From positions 6,858 through 70,857 of IMG/VR virus record IMGVR_UViG_3300005613_000048: a stretch of DNA of 64,000 nt. One strand, given 5' to 3'. Both the position numbers and the translations under genes were made by a program. Within the stretch, counting starts at the first letter, position 1, and the number at the start of each line of letters is the position of its first letter. The stretch is from a virus. Shown one piece after another: positions 1 to 9,368 of this stretch. Under the pieces are notes generated by a model. The model saw only the letters and a program-made list of their open reading frames with translations, was not told where the DNA came from and did no database searches.

Positions 1-2
1 GC

Positions 3-128
3 GAACGCACGGACGATGAGACTCGCAAGAAGTTCATTGCCATGCTGGCCATGAAGCAGGGTGCAGATGTCAACGCCTTGATTCCCGTCGCCAAAGACGC
101 GGAAGGAGGTAGTGATGGCCAAGAGTAG
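3..128 (+). CDS. C-terminal end of upstream gene (position of terminase small subunit), partial
   Basis: Open frame ERTDDETRKKF...GQE* overlapping the terminase start. Confidence 0.4.
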   Translation, partial: ERTDDETRKKFIAMLAMKQGADVNALIPVAKDAEGGSDGQE

Positions 129-1908
129 AATCCAGGAGCTGATGCTGGAAAAGGATCGCCGCGAAACCGAGGCGCTCAAGATCTATCGTCCGTACCTGAA
201 TCAAATTCCTTTCCACCGATCGCGAGCGACAGAGCGCGTGATTCGCGGGGGCAAGCGAAGCGGTAAGTCAATTTCCGCTGCCATGGAGTTCGGCTCGATT
301 GTCACGGGCCAGCCGATTACTGGCCCTGACGGAAAGCCGATCTCGCAATCACGACCGTATCCGAATCCGAGTTACCCACGGATCTATTGGATCATCGGAT
401 GGGGCGTGAGCCATATTGGCCAAACCATCCACAAGTTGCTGTTCCAAGACGGCATGGGTGGAACATTCCGCTGCATTCGTGACCCAAATACAAATCAGTG
501 GCGAACATGGGACCGCACGCGACAGTGGGATCTTGATAACGTTCGCCAGTCTAAGCTGGCCGGACCAATCATTCCGGAGAGGTTCATCGTCCCAGGATCT
601 TGGGTCTGGAACTCTTCCGGCGGTGGAGCTGCTGGCAACTGCTTTGAGTCTGTGGAGCTGATTACAGGCGCAAAGATCTTCGCTTATCCATCCTCAGCTC
701 GCACGCCTAAGCAGGGTGACGCAGTTTCTGGAATCTGGATTGACGAAGACATTCAGAACCCCGATCACCTTTCCGAGTATCAGGACCGCCTCGGTGACGA
801 AAGCGGCTGGTTCCAGTGGTCGGTATGGCCGCACACGAAGAACTTTGCTTTGATCGACATGCTCGACCGAGCGGAGCGAGAACTGGAGATTGAGCCAGAG
901 GAGAGGAACGTCGAAACCTTCCAGCTCATCTTCAGCGAAAACCCGTTCATCACAGATCACGGCAAGCAAGCCCAGCTCGCGCGGATGGGTGATGAAGAGT
1001 CAATCGCTCGCCGCGACCGTGGCGAGCTGCTGCTCGATCAACTTTCGATGTACGACTTCAACAAGTCGCTCCACACACTTGAACGTGGATCGGTGCAGTG
1101 GGAAGAGAGGCCGACAACTGCGATCCAAGCAATCTCGCAATACTTCTCCAGGCACGGGGCTTTGCCTGAGGACTGGACTCGATACCTGACCGTCGACCCG
1201 AGCAATACCCGCACAGCTTGTTTGTCATTTGCTGTTCCGCCGCCGATATTCCTTGGCGTCCCAATCGGCAACATGATCTTCGTTGAGTGGGAAATGACGG
1301 CCAAGAAGGCCTCTGCGAAGATTCTCGCCCAGCGGCTCATGCCATACATGCAAGGCAAGCGATACGAAGCCTTTGTCATGGACCGCAACATGGGGCGACA
1401 GACACGAGTTGGCGATGACCAAACAGTGTTCGATGCGTACTCAAAGGAGTTCAAATCTGCGGGCCTTGTTTCTCGCCAGACACTTTCAGGTTTCATCCCA
1501 GGGTGCAACGTTCCGCCGACTCGATACCGAGCCGTGCGAGATGCGATGGCGTTGACTCCAACAGGCATGCCGCAGCTTGTGTTGATTCAAAACACAACCT
1601 CGGAGACGCAGCGAGAGTTCAATACTTATCGCAAAAAACAAATCATGATTAGCGGCGAATTGAGCTTGCTCGATGAGCCGGCTAACCCGCGAATCCACGA
1701 CTGCATGGCAGCGCTGGAGTATGGCGTCACTCACATCACAATGTTGTTTGCGACTGGCCACGCCTACGTCCCAGCGAGTGCTTATCAGAGTCAGGGAAGT
1801 CCAGCTTACAGAGCTGCGATGAAATTGAGGAAGAAGATGGAGCAGTCGGAGCGGCAGGCTGTTCATCTTGGCCCCGGTGCTGGGCCGCAGATTTACAACG
1901 CCGCGTAG
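115..1908 (+). CDS. Terminase large subunit
   Basis: Q-motif NQIPFH, Walker A GGKRSGKS, Walker B WIDED, RNase H-like LTVDPS and C-terminal HDCMAALEY; GGAGG RBS. Confidence 0.9.
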   Translation: MAKSRIQELMLEKDRRETEALKIYRPYLNQIPFHRSRATERVIRGGKRSGKSISAAMEFGSIVTGQPITGPDGKPISQSRPYPNPSYPRIYWIIGWGVSHIGQTIHKLLFQDGMGGTFRCIRDPNTNQWRTWDRTRQWDLDNVRQSKLAGPIIPERFIVPGSWVWNSSGGGAAGNCFESVELITGAKIFAYPSSARTPKQGDAVSGIWIDEDIQNPDHLSEYQDRLGDESGWFQWSVWPHTKNFALIDMLDRAERELEIEPEERNVETFQLIFSENPFITDHGKQAQLARMGDEESIARRDRGELLLDQLSMYDFNKSLHTLERGSVQWEERPTTAIQAISQYFSRHGALPEDWTRYLTVDPSNTRTACLSFAVPPPIFLGVPIGNMIFVEWEMTAKKASAKILAQRLMPYMQGKRYEAFVMDRNMGRQTRVGDDQTVFDAYSKEFKSAGLVSRQTLSGFIPGCNVPPTRYRAVRDAMALTPTGMPQLVLIQNTTSETQREFNTYRKKQIMISGELSLLDEPANPRIHDCMAALEYGVTHITMLFATGHAYVPASAYQSQGSPAYRAAMKLRKKMEQSERQAVHLGPGAGPQIYNAA

Positions 1909-1926
1909 TCCCCCTTGGAGTTTGAT

Positions 1927-2343
1927 ATGGACAAGGTGTTAGAAAACTTGCAAAGCGAAAAAGATAACCTCATTCCAACGCCACCGATCGGCAGGATCGT
2001 GCTTTGGTATGAGAGAGGATATGTCAGCCCTGATCACGCGCAACCAGCAGTGGTGACAGCCGTCGAAGGTCCAGGCCGAATATCCGTTTGCTTGTTGGCG
2101 AAGAGTCGCGGCGCGATCAAGACAGGCGTGAAGTTTCACAAGCTCGAAGGTGCGACGGATTCACGAGTCCAGACAACATACCGCTTCGGGTGCTGGAATT
2201 ACATCGAAGGTGAGGCTCCCACAAAGAACACTCACCCTGACTACCAACCGCACCTGAAATCTATTTCGGAACGAGAGCAGGTTTACAAAACTCGCCAAAG
2301 CGCCGAGGCGAATCGACCTAGTTCGCAGAAAGCCACCGCTTGA
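1927..2343 (+). CDS. Hypothetical phage protein
   Basis: GGAG RBS; lies between terminase and portal. Confidence 0.65.
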   Translation: MDKVLENLQSEKDNLIPTPPIGRIVLWYERGYVSPDHAQPAVVTAVEGPGRISVCLLAKSRGAIKTGVKFHKLEGATDSRVQTTYRFGCWNYIEGEAPTKNTHPDYQPHLKSISEREQVYKTRQSAEANRPSSQKATA

Positions 2344-2362
2344 TCAAGGGTAGATCCGTAAC

Positions 2363-4636
2363 ATGGTTGCACTCGCAGAAAACCCGTTGGCATACGAATT
2401 TCTTAGGCCGCTGGTCACAGGCTGGCTTGAGAAAATCAATGCTGCGCTGCAGAGTCCCTCGCGAAAGCGATGGGATGAGGTGGCTGACGAGTGCATCATG
2501 TTCTACGCGCGTTCCGCCGCTGCGATGTGGAATCCAGATTACTCGCGCAAGTTCTGGAGAAACGTTCCTGCGCCAAAGTTCCAGTTCACGGTCAACAAGG
2601 CGTTTGAGCTGGTTGCAATTTATGGGCCAAACCTGATGTGGGATGTTCCATACAGGACAGTCAAGCCAAAGCGATTGATTGAGTATCCACAGGATCTCAT
2701 GCTCGCGACGTTTGGCGATGAACAGGTTATTCAGCAGATGATGCAGATGCAGCAGATGGAAAGCAGCAAAGATAAGGCTGTTTCCTATCTGATGGAATGC
2801 GCATTGAATTACTTCGCCGCTGAGCAGCCGCACGGAGGCCTTGCTCGTCACAGCAAGCGATGCGTTACCGACGCGCTGCTGACTGGCCGGGGATGCACTA
2901 TCACCAGGCCTTACACCTACCACGGCAGCAATCGAAACCTTGTCGGCTCATTCCGCGTGGATCCGCGACACGTTTTGACAGACCCTGATTTTCCAACGAC
3001 AGGCCAGGCGAAGTGGATTGCTATCTGGCACTGCGACCCGCACTGGGAGGTTGAGCGGCGGTTCAAGCTGGCACCGAACTCCCTTCGAGGGCGCGCGACA
3101 CTTGAGAGCGTCTCGGCTCGCTCCGAGGCTGCAACTCAATTCGATCGCGGCAACATGCAGCGACAGCAGGGCGTCAGCAACGACCTTGTGGTGTGGTGGG
3201 AAATCTACTCCAAGACTGGTCCTGGAACTCGCATGTCAGGCATGCCAAGTCCGATTAAGGAACACTTGGAGAATGTTGTTGGCGACTACGCCTACATTGC
3301 GGTGTCAGCAAACGTTCCTTTCCCGCTGAATATGCCAACAGACCGACTGAGGAACGGCGCTTCGGATAGCGAAGTCAAGGCTCAGTTTTCTTGGCCTGTT
3401 CCAGTTTGGGCAGACGATCGCTGGCCCGTGGAGTTCCTCGACTTTTACGACGATCCGGATGGCTCCTATCCGATTGCACCGATGGCCCCAGGCCTCGGCG
3501 AGTTGAAGTTCATCAACCACATGCTGAGCTGGCTTGCAAATCGAATCTACAGCAGCTCCCGAGACTTCTGGGCTGTAGCTGGTCCTCACGTTGATCACTA
3601 CCGCGAACACCTGGAGAACGCGCTCGACCAAGGAATCATCCCAACGCCCTTGACGGTTGACGACGTTCGCAAAGCAATAACCGTCCTTCAGCAGCCGGAG
3701 ACTCGATACGACTCGTGGCGAATCCTGGAAAAGGTGAGCGAGTTGTTCGACAAGGCCACCGGCTTGACTGAGTTCGCTTATGGCCGCAACGAAGACGGAA
3801 CGCAAGACCGCACCGCAGAGACCACCATGGCCAGAGCAAAGGCTGTTGGGGCTCGTCCGGAAATGATGCAAAAGGCTGTAGTTGAATGGCAAAGCCAGAT
3901 CGCCAGCCTTGAGGCTTTCATGGCTCGCTGGTTCGTCACGGGCCAAGACTTGGAACCTAAGATCGGTCAAGTCGGTCGCATGCTTTGGGAGCAGCATGTC
4001 ATGCAGTCGGATGTTGAACTCGTCGTTCGCCAGATGCAGTATGACGTATCGGCTGCGAGCGTTAGGCGACCAAACCTGGAGAGGTCGTTGGCTAACTTCC
4101 AAGGCCTGCTTAACACGTTCGCCGGCATCCTCCAGAGCCACGCGCAACAGACCGGGAACTACGACGGTATCAACGCACTGATTCGCAAGTGGGGCGAACT
4201 CCACGACGAGGATATGTCGGGCATCATGCTCGCCGCTCCGGAGCCAGATCCCGCGCAGCAGCAAATGCAAGAGCAGCAGATGCAGCTCGAAATGCAGAAG
4301 ATGCAATCCGAGATTCAGAAGGCGGAGATGGAACTGCAAAAGACGCAGGCCGAACTCCAGTCAAAGGTCCAGCAGTCTCAAATGCAGATGGCCGCTCAGC
4401 AGCAGCAGATGGCAACGGACTCGCAGCGATTCCAGCAAGAGACGCAGCAGGACCAAATCAATCACCTCATGGACATGCTCCAAGACCAAGAGAAGCACGT
4501 TCAGGAAATGCGGCAGATGGCTGAGAAGCACAAGCTGACTATTGAGCAAATGAGGTCCAACCAAAAGCTCAAGGAGAAGCAGCAGGCAAGCAAGCCTAAA
4601 GAAACTCAAACCGCTAGGAGGCCGCAAGCAGCCTAA
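2363..4636 (+). CDS. Portal protein with Q/M-rich coiled-coil C-terminus
   Basis: 757 aa after terminase; KATGL..FAYG..TAET motif typical of P22/T7-like portals; long Q-rich tail. Confidence 0.82.
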   Translation: MVALAENPLAYEFLRPLVTGWLEKINAALQSPSRKRWDEVADECIMFYARSAAAMWNPDYSRKFWRNVPAPKFQFTVNKAFELVAIYGPNLMWDVPYRTVKPKRLIEYPQDLMLATFGDEQVIQQMMQMQQMESSKDKAVSYLMECALNYFAAEQPHGGLARHSKRCVTDALLTGRGCTITRPYTYHGSNRNLVGSFRVDPRHVLTDPDFPTTGQAKWIAIWHCDPHWEVERRFKLAPNSLRGRATLESVSARSEAATQFDRGNMQRQQGVSNDLVVWWEIYSKTGPGTRMSGMPSPIKEHLENVVGDYAYIAVSANVPFPLNMPTDRLRNGASDSEVKAQFSWPVPVWADDRWPVEFLDFYDDPDGSYPIAPMAPGLGELKFINHMLSWLANRIYSSSRDFWAVAGPHVDHYREHLENALDQGIIPTPLTVDDVRKAITVLQQPETRYDSWRILEKVSELFDKATGLTEFAYGRNEDGTQDRTAETTMARAKAVGARPEMMQKAVVEWQSQIASLEAFMARWFVTGQDLEPKIGQVGRMLWEQHVMQSDVELVVRQMQYDVSAASVRRPNLERSLANFQGLLNTFAGILQSHAQQTGNYDGINALIRKWGELHDEDMSGIMLAAPEPDPAQQQMQEQQMQLEMQKMQSEIQKAEMELQKTQAELQSKVQQSQMQMAAQQQQMATDSQRFQQETQQDQINHLMDMLQDQEKHVQEMRQMAEKHKLTIEQMRSNQKLKEKQQASKPKETQTARRPQAA

Positions 4637-4941
4637 TGCAAGTCCTAAATTTATCGCAACGACTGTTCGTTCGCACCATCGCCCGCGAGTGCATGATGCA
4701 GGCGAATGGAAACAAAGACATGGCAATCGAGCTTGGTAAGGCGAGACTGAGAGAAGCCCCGAGGTCGATCATTCTCACGATCTTGATCCCCATCGCTATT
4801 AGACTCCTCGTGGCGTTCATCATTGCATGGGTAACAAAAAACGTCTCGACACCACCAGCATCTTACCAGTCCGATGAGCCTGGTTACGTGAAGTGGGATG
4901 AGACAGACAACACTGATTACACCGAGGTGGACGATGACTGA
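4636..4941 (+). CDS. Small membrane protein
   Basis: Hydrophobic segment IILTILIPIAIRLLVAFIIAW; coupled to portal stop (TAATG). Confidence 0.65.
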   Translation: MQVLNLSQRLFVRTIARECMMQANGNKDMAIELGKARLREAPRSIILTILIPIAIRLLVAFIIAWVTKNVSTPPASYQSDEPGYVKWDETDNTDYTEVDDD

Positions 4942-5473
4942 GCGAAAGGTTTATGAGATCAAGCACGTAGACAACCGGGGCATTGCAACTTTGGTTGGTC
5001 TGGTGGTTGTCGCAATCTTGACTCGCATGTGGTTAACAAACTCTCTTCCAGACCTGTTCTTGGCGATGTATTCGCCAACTGGTGAGGGTCTCGGATCGGC
5101 ATCCTACGTGATCATCAATTTTGTCGCGAACATTGTCTACGGGATTGGCACTGCGATCGTGCTAGTCTCCTCAGGGCTGTGGTGGGTTATTACCGACGTG
5201 GCCTCGGGCATTCGCCAAATCATGCGAGAGCGATCCGCCAAGCAGGAGATCGGCGAGGCCGTCGCCACTCAAGCAGTGACTGAAGACATCCAGCAGCAAC
5301 CGCCAGCCGACAATCCGATCGTCATTGCGTTGCAAACCATGAATGAAAACATTGAAACCACCTTCAACTCGGTCCAACAGATTGGAGAGAAAGTGGAGAG
5401 CCTCGATGCTCGGATAACGATGATCGAGGACGGGGCCACAAAGACCACTACGAGGCGAACGACAAAATCATGA
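4934..5473 (+). CDS. Membrane protein with C-terminal coiled coil (holin/spanin-like candidate)
   Basis: Two hydrophobic segments followed by a coiled coil. Confidence 0.6.
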   Translation: MTERKVYEIKHVDNRGIATLVGLVVVAILTRMWLTNSLPDLFLAMYSPTGEGLGSASYVIINFVANIVYGIGTAIVLVSSGLWWVITDVASGIRQIMRERSAKQEIGEAVATQAVTEDIQQQPPADNPIVIALQTMNENIETTFNSVQQIGEKVESLDARITMIEDGATKTTTRRTTKS

Positions 5474-5985
5474 GCAGACTGAAGCCTATTGACTTTGCTG
5501 GCATTTTTGGTGGGACTGAACCGCAGCCGGCAGCAACTTCACGGCCAGTTCGACCTGGGCCTCCAGTAGATCGCAGGACTTGGATAATTGTCGCCTTGCT
5601 GGCTGTGGTTGCGTTCATGATGTTCGCGATGTTCGGTCGTGGACTCATTCCTGACGTTGACCCAAGGCCCGATGTTGACATCGACGGCAAGTACGTCCTG
5701 TTCCTGAAGGATGAGTCTCGCCGCGAATCGATCACCGAGGGGCAAGGCGTTGTAATGACCAGCGTCAAGATCCTTGACTGGTGCAAGGAGAATGGCGTCG
5801 ACATGCGCGTTCTCGATGTGAGAGACGGAACCATCTCCGAGATGGAGCCTGTCTGGGATGAATTGCGAAAGGTTGCGGACGTCAACCCTTCGATGACAAC
5901 CTTGAAGGATCGCAAGGTTGTGACTCAACCAGTTCCGTCCACCGTGGACGCGGCAATCAAAGAACTCGAATCGAGGTTCAAATAA
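5470..5985 (+). CDS. Single-TM membrane protein
   Basis: TM segment WIIVALLAVVAFMMFAMF followed by a PDVDPRPD linker. Confidence 0.65.
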   Translation: MSRLKPIDFAGIFGGTEPQPAATSRPVRPGPPVDRRTWIIVALLAVVAFMMFAMFGRGLIPDVDPRPDVDIDGKYVLFLKDESRRESITEGQGVVMTSVKILDWCKENGVDMRVLDVRDGTISEMEPVWDELRKVADVNPSMTTLKDRKVVTQPVPSTVDAAIKELESRFK

Positions 5986-6800
5986 TGTACCTGCCCGACC
6001 TTGGCAATATGCCGATCATTGACGATACCCTCGCCAGCCAACTTGCCGAGCAGTCGGCAGACGAGGGCTTCGGCAGAGGTTACGTCGAACGCGACTACAG
6101 CCAGTTTGGCGAGGGATTCTACTCGCCGCGATACACTGGGCCTGTGTATCCGCGTAGCCAATGGGATGACCTGGCCAAGCGGCAAGACGACAACCAAACG
6201 TCTCCAGACCATTGGCGAATCAAGGCCGGCCAGCCGATCCTTGACCAGAACGGATATGGATATTGCTGGGCCTACGGCACGGTGGCCGCGATCATGACTG
6301 CTTATGCGCAGACAGGCATGAGCATTCCGCACCTCAGCGCAACATCCGTCGCAGCACTTGCCAAGAATTGGCGAGACCAAGGCGGATGGGCTGGCGAAGC
6401 CATTGCGCAAATTAAGAAGACCGGCATCGCTGAGTTGAGCGTTTGGCCGGAACACTCCATGAATCGCTCTCTGCCAGGGAAGCCAGAGGTACAGGAGTCG
6501 ATGAAGAAACATGATGTTGTGGAGTTCCTGGAGCTTCCGAGTCGCCAGTTCGATGTCGCGATGTCGGTTCTTCTTGATCCTATTAACCCTCGCCCCATAA
6601 CGCTCGGTCTTATGTGGTGGGGGCACCTTGTTGAAGGCGTTAAGGCTGTGAGGATTGATCGCCGCGAATGGGGCATCAAGATCGTCAACTCATGGCGAGC
6701 ATCTTGGGGAGAGAACGGGTGTGCCGTTCTCGTCGAATCTAAGGCGACGGCGCACGAGCATGTTGCCGTCGACCGTGTGAAACTGCGGGTAGCTGCATGA
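5985..6800 (+). CDS. Papain-like (C1) cysteine peptidase
   Basis: Catalytic motifs DQNGYGYCWAY, WWGH and IVNSW..SWGENG. Confidence 0.85.
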   Translation: MYLPDLGNMPIIDDTLASQLAEQSADEGFGRGYVERDYSQFGEGFYSPRYTGPVYPRSQWDDLAKRQDDNQTSPDHWRIKAGQPILDQNGYGYCWAYGTVAAIMTAYAQTGMSIPHLSATSVAALAKNWRDQGGWAGEAIAQIKKTGIAELSVWPEHSMNRSLPGKPEVQESMKKHDVVEFLELPSRQFDVAMSVLLDPINPRPITLGLMWWGHLVEGVKAVRIDRREWGIKIVNSWRASWGENGCAVLVESKATAHEHVAVDRVKLRVAA

Positions 6801-6904
6801 AAAGAGCGATCATTTGTTTTGTGATATTGATCTTTGTCGCAGGAGCTTCGTTCTACGCGGGACTCAATGCGGAAATATCAAGCGTATTGCTCAGCGGAGG
6901 AGAT

Positions 6905-7234
6905 ATGAGCGAGGAAGAAAAGCAATTTGGTGGCTTCGGCGCTGTGCCACCCGGCAATGAGATTTTCTCGAAGCACGACAGAGAAAAAGGTGTTGACCTG
7001 GGTGGCGTACATCACCAACAAGGTTTGACTATTCACTGGGCTGGAAGCGATCCACTGGACGAACGAGTACGCCCTGTGGATGTCTTGAAAGCTACGTCCG
7101 GAAGGTTGCAGATGGAACAGCTTACAGACCTCGGCTCAGACGCAAACGCAAGAGCCCTGATCAAAGTCATGGAAGCAATCGCAGAACTGGATGGCGATAC
7201 ACAAGAGACGCCAGACGGACCCGTGATTCGGTAG
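6905..7234 (+). CDS. Divergent Tad1-like protein (paralogue of 42692..43336)
   Basis: GGVHHQQGLTIHW...VDVLKATSGRLQMEQ...DANARALIKVMEAIAEL aligns by eye with the Tad1-like ORF; GGAGGAG RBS. Confidence 0.5.
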   Translation: MSEEEKQFGGFGAVPPGNEIFSKHDREKGVDLGGVHHQQGLTIHWAGSDPLDERVRPVDVLKATSGRLQMEQLTDLGSDANARALIKVMEAIAELDGDTQETPDGPVIR

Positions 7235-7293
7235 CATACTGGCCCAGAAGACCAGGCTAGAAGATTTTACTCACAAAAAGAAGGATTAAAGAA

Positions 7294-8082
7294 ATGAGTC
7301 GTTTGACACGAATGAAATGCCGAGTTGCGATGATGGTTCCGGTTATCATGGCCGCAATGCTCGGGCTCGTGCTTTCCAATCTCACAATGACAGAATCGCC
7401 CAACGCACGAGCGCAAGTCTTTGATGATGTGAAGAGAGTTGAGAGTCCTGAAGTCGCCAGCAATTTGGAAATGCAGATTGCCGATGATGCTAAACCCGTC
7501 GCTGAGCGGTTGGCTGCTCAATCGGGAGGTGCTGGCTTTCAACCAAAACCTCAGTCCAACGAGGACCAGCCTTGCTTGACTGAAGAACAGGTTCGCGCCA
7601 TCGTTCGCGAGGAAATCGACAAGCTATGCCTTTCCGCTCCCATAGCACCCAGGTCAGAGAGGTTGATGCCTAGTGTGTCTCACTTAGGCTTTCAGACTGC
7701 AACAGACTCAATCACGGCTACAGCGTCTGGAGAGACAAAGATTGTGATGTACACAGTCAAGGGAATGCGATGCTCGGCATGCGATTACGTGAAACGCAAC
7801 AAGGTTCCGCGATGGAGGAGCAAAGGTTACAGCGTTTCAATCGTCGAAGTTAATCGCGCCGATCTCGACAGCCCTGATGGCAAGATCCCTTACTTTGATG
7901 TTTGTGAAGATGGCGGTTGCCGCAGGCTTACTTACAGCCAGATGATGAGCTTGAATTACGCTGTTCAGCCAGTCTATCAGCAAAGCTCTTATCCTAGCGG
8001 CCCCGTATATTACGAGCAGTCATTCACAACGCCAACGTCAAGTGGATGCGTAACGGTCGGCAACAGGACTCATTGCCGATAG
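7294..8082 (+). CDS. Membrane-anchored/secreted protein with thioredoxin/glutaredoxin-like CxxC domain
   Basis: N-terminal hydrophobic segment; KIVMYT...CSAC...IPYF. Confidence 0.55.
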   Translation: MSRLTRMKCRVAMMVPVIMAAMLGLVLSNLTMTESPNARAQVFDDVKRVESPEVASNLEMQIADDAKPVAERLAAQSGGAGFQPKPQSNEDQPCLTEEQVRAIVREEIDKLCLSAPIAPRSERLMPSVSHLGFQTATDSITATASGETKIVMYTVKGMRCSACDYVKRNKVPRWRSKGYSVSIVEVNRADLDSPDGKIPYFDVCEDGGCRRLTYSQMMSLNYAVQPVYQQSSYPSGPVYYEQSFTTPTSSGCVTVGNRTHCR

Positions 8083-8125
8083 GACAAGCGTAACGGGTTA
8101 ATCATTTCATTTTGCGGAGGTTGCT

Positions 8126-8605
8126 ATGTGGGGAACGCTATTGATCGTGGCAGTTGTTGTTGGTGTCCTGTTCTTGATTGGTGTTGCGGTTCACTTCACT
8201 CACCTTGAGAAGGTCCAAAACGACTGCCAAGACTCACTGGGCAACCTTCGCGCCCATCACGACGAAATGATGAGGCAAATACGCAGAGACCTTGAAGCAA
8301 AATTTGTCAAAGAGGCCATCGAACTGCGGGCTGGTATTGAGGAGCGGAACCAAACGATAGCGGCGAAATGTGCGGAGGTTGCTTCAGGAGCTGCATCGCT
8401 CGCTAGTTTGCGAGAGCTGTATGCTGAGTCAGAGACAAAACTCGAAAAGTCTCATGACGACTTTGTTCAAATGCGTGCCGAGCGCAATGAGTTGCTCAGT
8501 GAAGTCGAGCAATTGAAAGACAGGCTACATCAACTGCTCAGCGCCGCGCGTGCGGCGAGAGAAGTCCTAAAAGGCCCGTGCCACGAAACAGAAAGTACAT
8601 CCTGA
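8126..8605 (+). CDS. N-terminal TM plus coiled-coil protein (i-spanin-like candidate)
   Basis: TM at aa 3-23 then long heptad coiled coil; GGAGG RBS. Confidence 0.55.
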   Translation: MWGTLLIVAVVVGVLFLIGVAVHFTHLEKVQNDCQDSLGNLRAHHDEMMRQIRRDLEAKFVKEAIELRAGIEERNQTIAAKCAEVASGAASLASLRELYAESETKLEKSHDDFVQMRAERNELLSEVEQLKDRLHQLLSAARAAREVLKGPCHETESTS

Positions 8606-8606
8606 A

Positions 8607-9038
8607 ATGCAAGCATTAGACACAATCGCCAGCCCTGAGATTATTCGCGAAGGGACTAACTTTGCTGACCGCTTCGGATGGGAAGCGCTTGCCATCATCA
8701 TCTTGCTGATCTTCACGCTTGTATTTGTGTGGAGATATGGAGGCAAGGTGATGGATGCACTTGTTGAGTTCATTCAAGAAACAAAGTCGCAGATCGTTCA
8801 GCTAACGGCACTTGAAGCCAAGCAGGCGGAGTCGTTTGCGGACCTCGCCAGGTCGATGGCATCGCTATCCACTGCGCAATCTGAATGCTTGAACCACTGC
8901 AAGCTCAGCAATGATCACTTAAAGGTGGTTATTTCCGTAATTAAGTCTTGCGTCCAAGCACTCATTGCCGCGCTGCCGGACGACAAGGCCGAGTTGAAGA
9001 CGCGGCTCAAACATGTACTTGAAGAACTCAAGGTCTAG
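8607..9038 (+). CDS. Holin-like membrane protein
   Basis: Single TM followed by a helical region; lies in the membrane gene cluster. Confidence 0.5.
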   Translation: MQALDTIASPEIIREGTNFADRFGWEALAIIILLIFTLVFVWRYGGKVMDALVEFIQETKSQIVQLTALEAKQAESFADLARSMASLSTAQSECLNHCKLSNDHLKVVISVIKSCVQALIAALPDDKAELKTRLKHVLEELKV

Positions 9039-9046
9039 GGGGCACT

Positions 9047-9361
9047 GTGAATACATACGCATCAAGAACGCCGATTGCCGATACGACTCCTGTCGTCATC
9101 CCAACCCCACCGGGCAAGATCAGCGTTAGCGCTGAGGGGACATTTGGCGGTGCATCACTGGCCATGCAAGCAAGCGATTACTCGGATGGCTCCAATCCAA
9201 GTGACATCATTGATGATGAGGCCGACGGCGCTGCCTTATCGTTTACAGCTCCTGGACAACGGAGGGTAATCGACGGCGGACTAAATCTCGTGGTCACCGG
9301 ATCCAGCATGGGTAGTGCAGAAGACTTGTTTATTGTTGTCACTTCACTGGAAAGAAAATAA
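9047..9361 (+). CDS. Small beta-rich virion protein
   Basis: GTFGGASLAMQAS motif of small phage structural proteins. Confidence 0.55.
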   Translation: MNTYASRTPIADTTPVVIPTPPGKISVSAEGTFGGASLAMQASDYSDGSNPSDIIDDEADGAALSFTAPGQRRVIDGGLNLVVTGSSMGSAEDLFIVVTSLERK

Positions 9362-9368
9362 GATCGCC

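Noticed and set aside
3305-4339. Long antisense ORFs (this one, 25721..26500, 15597..16346, 52148..52849 and similar)
   Set aside because: Shadows of GC-rich or low-complexity real genes on the opposite strand, with no motifs or RBS.
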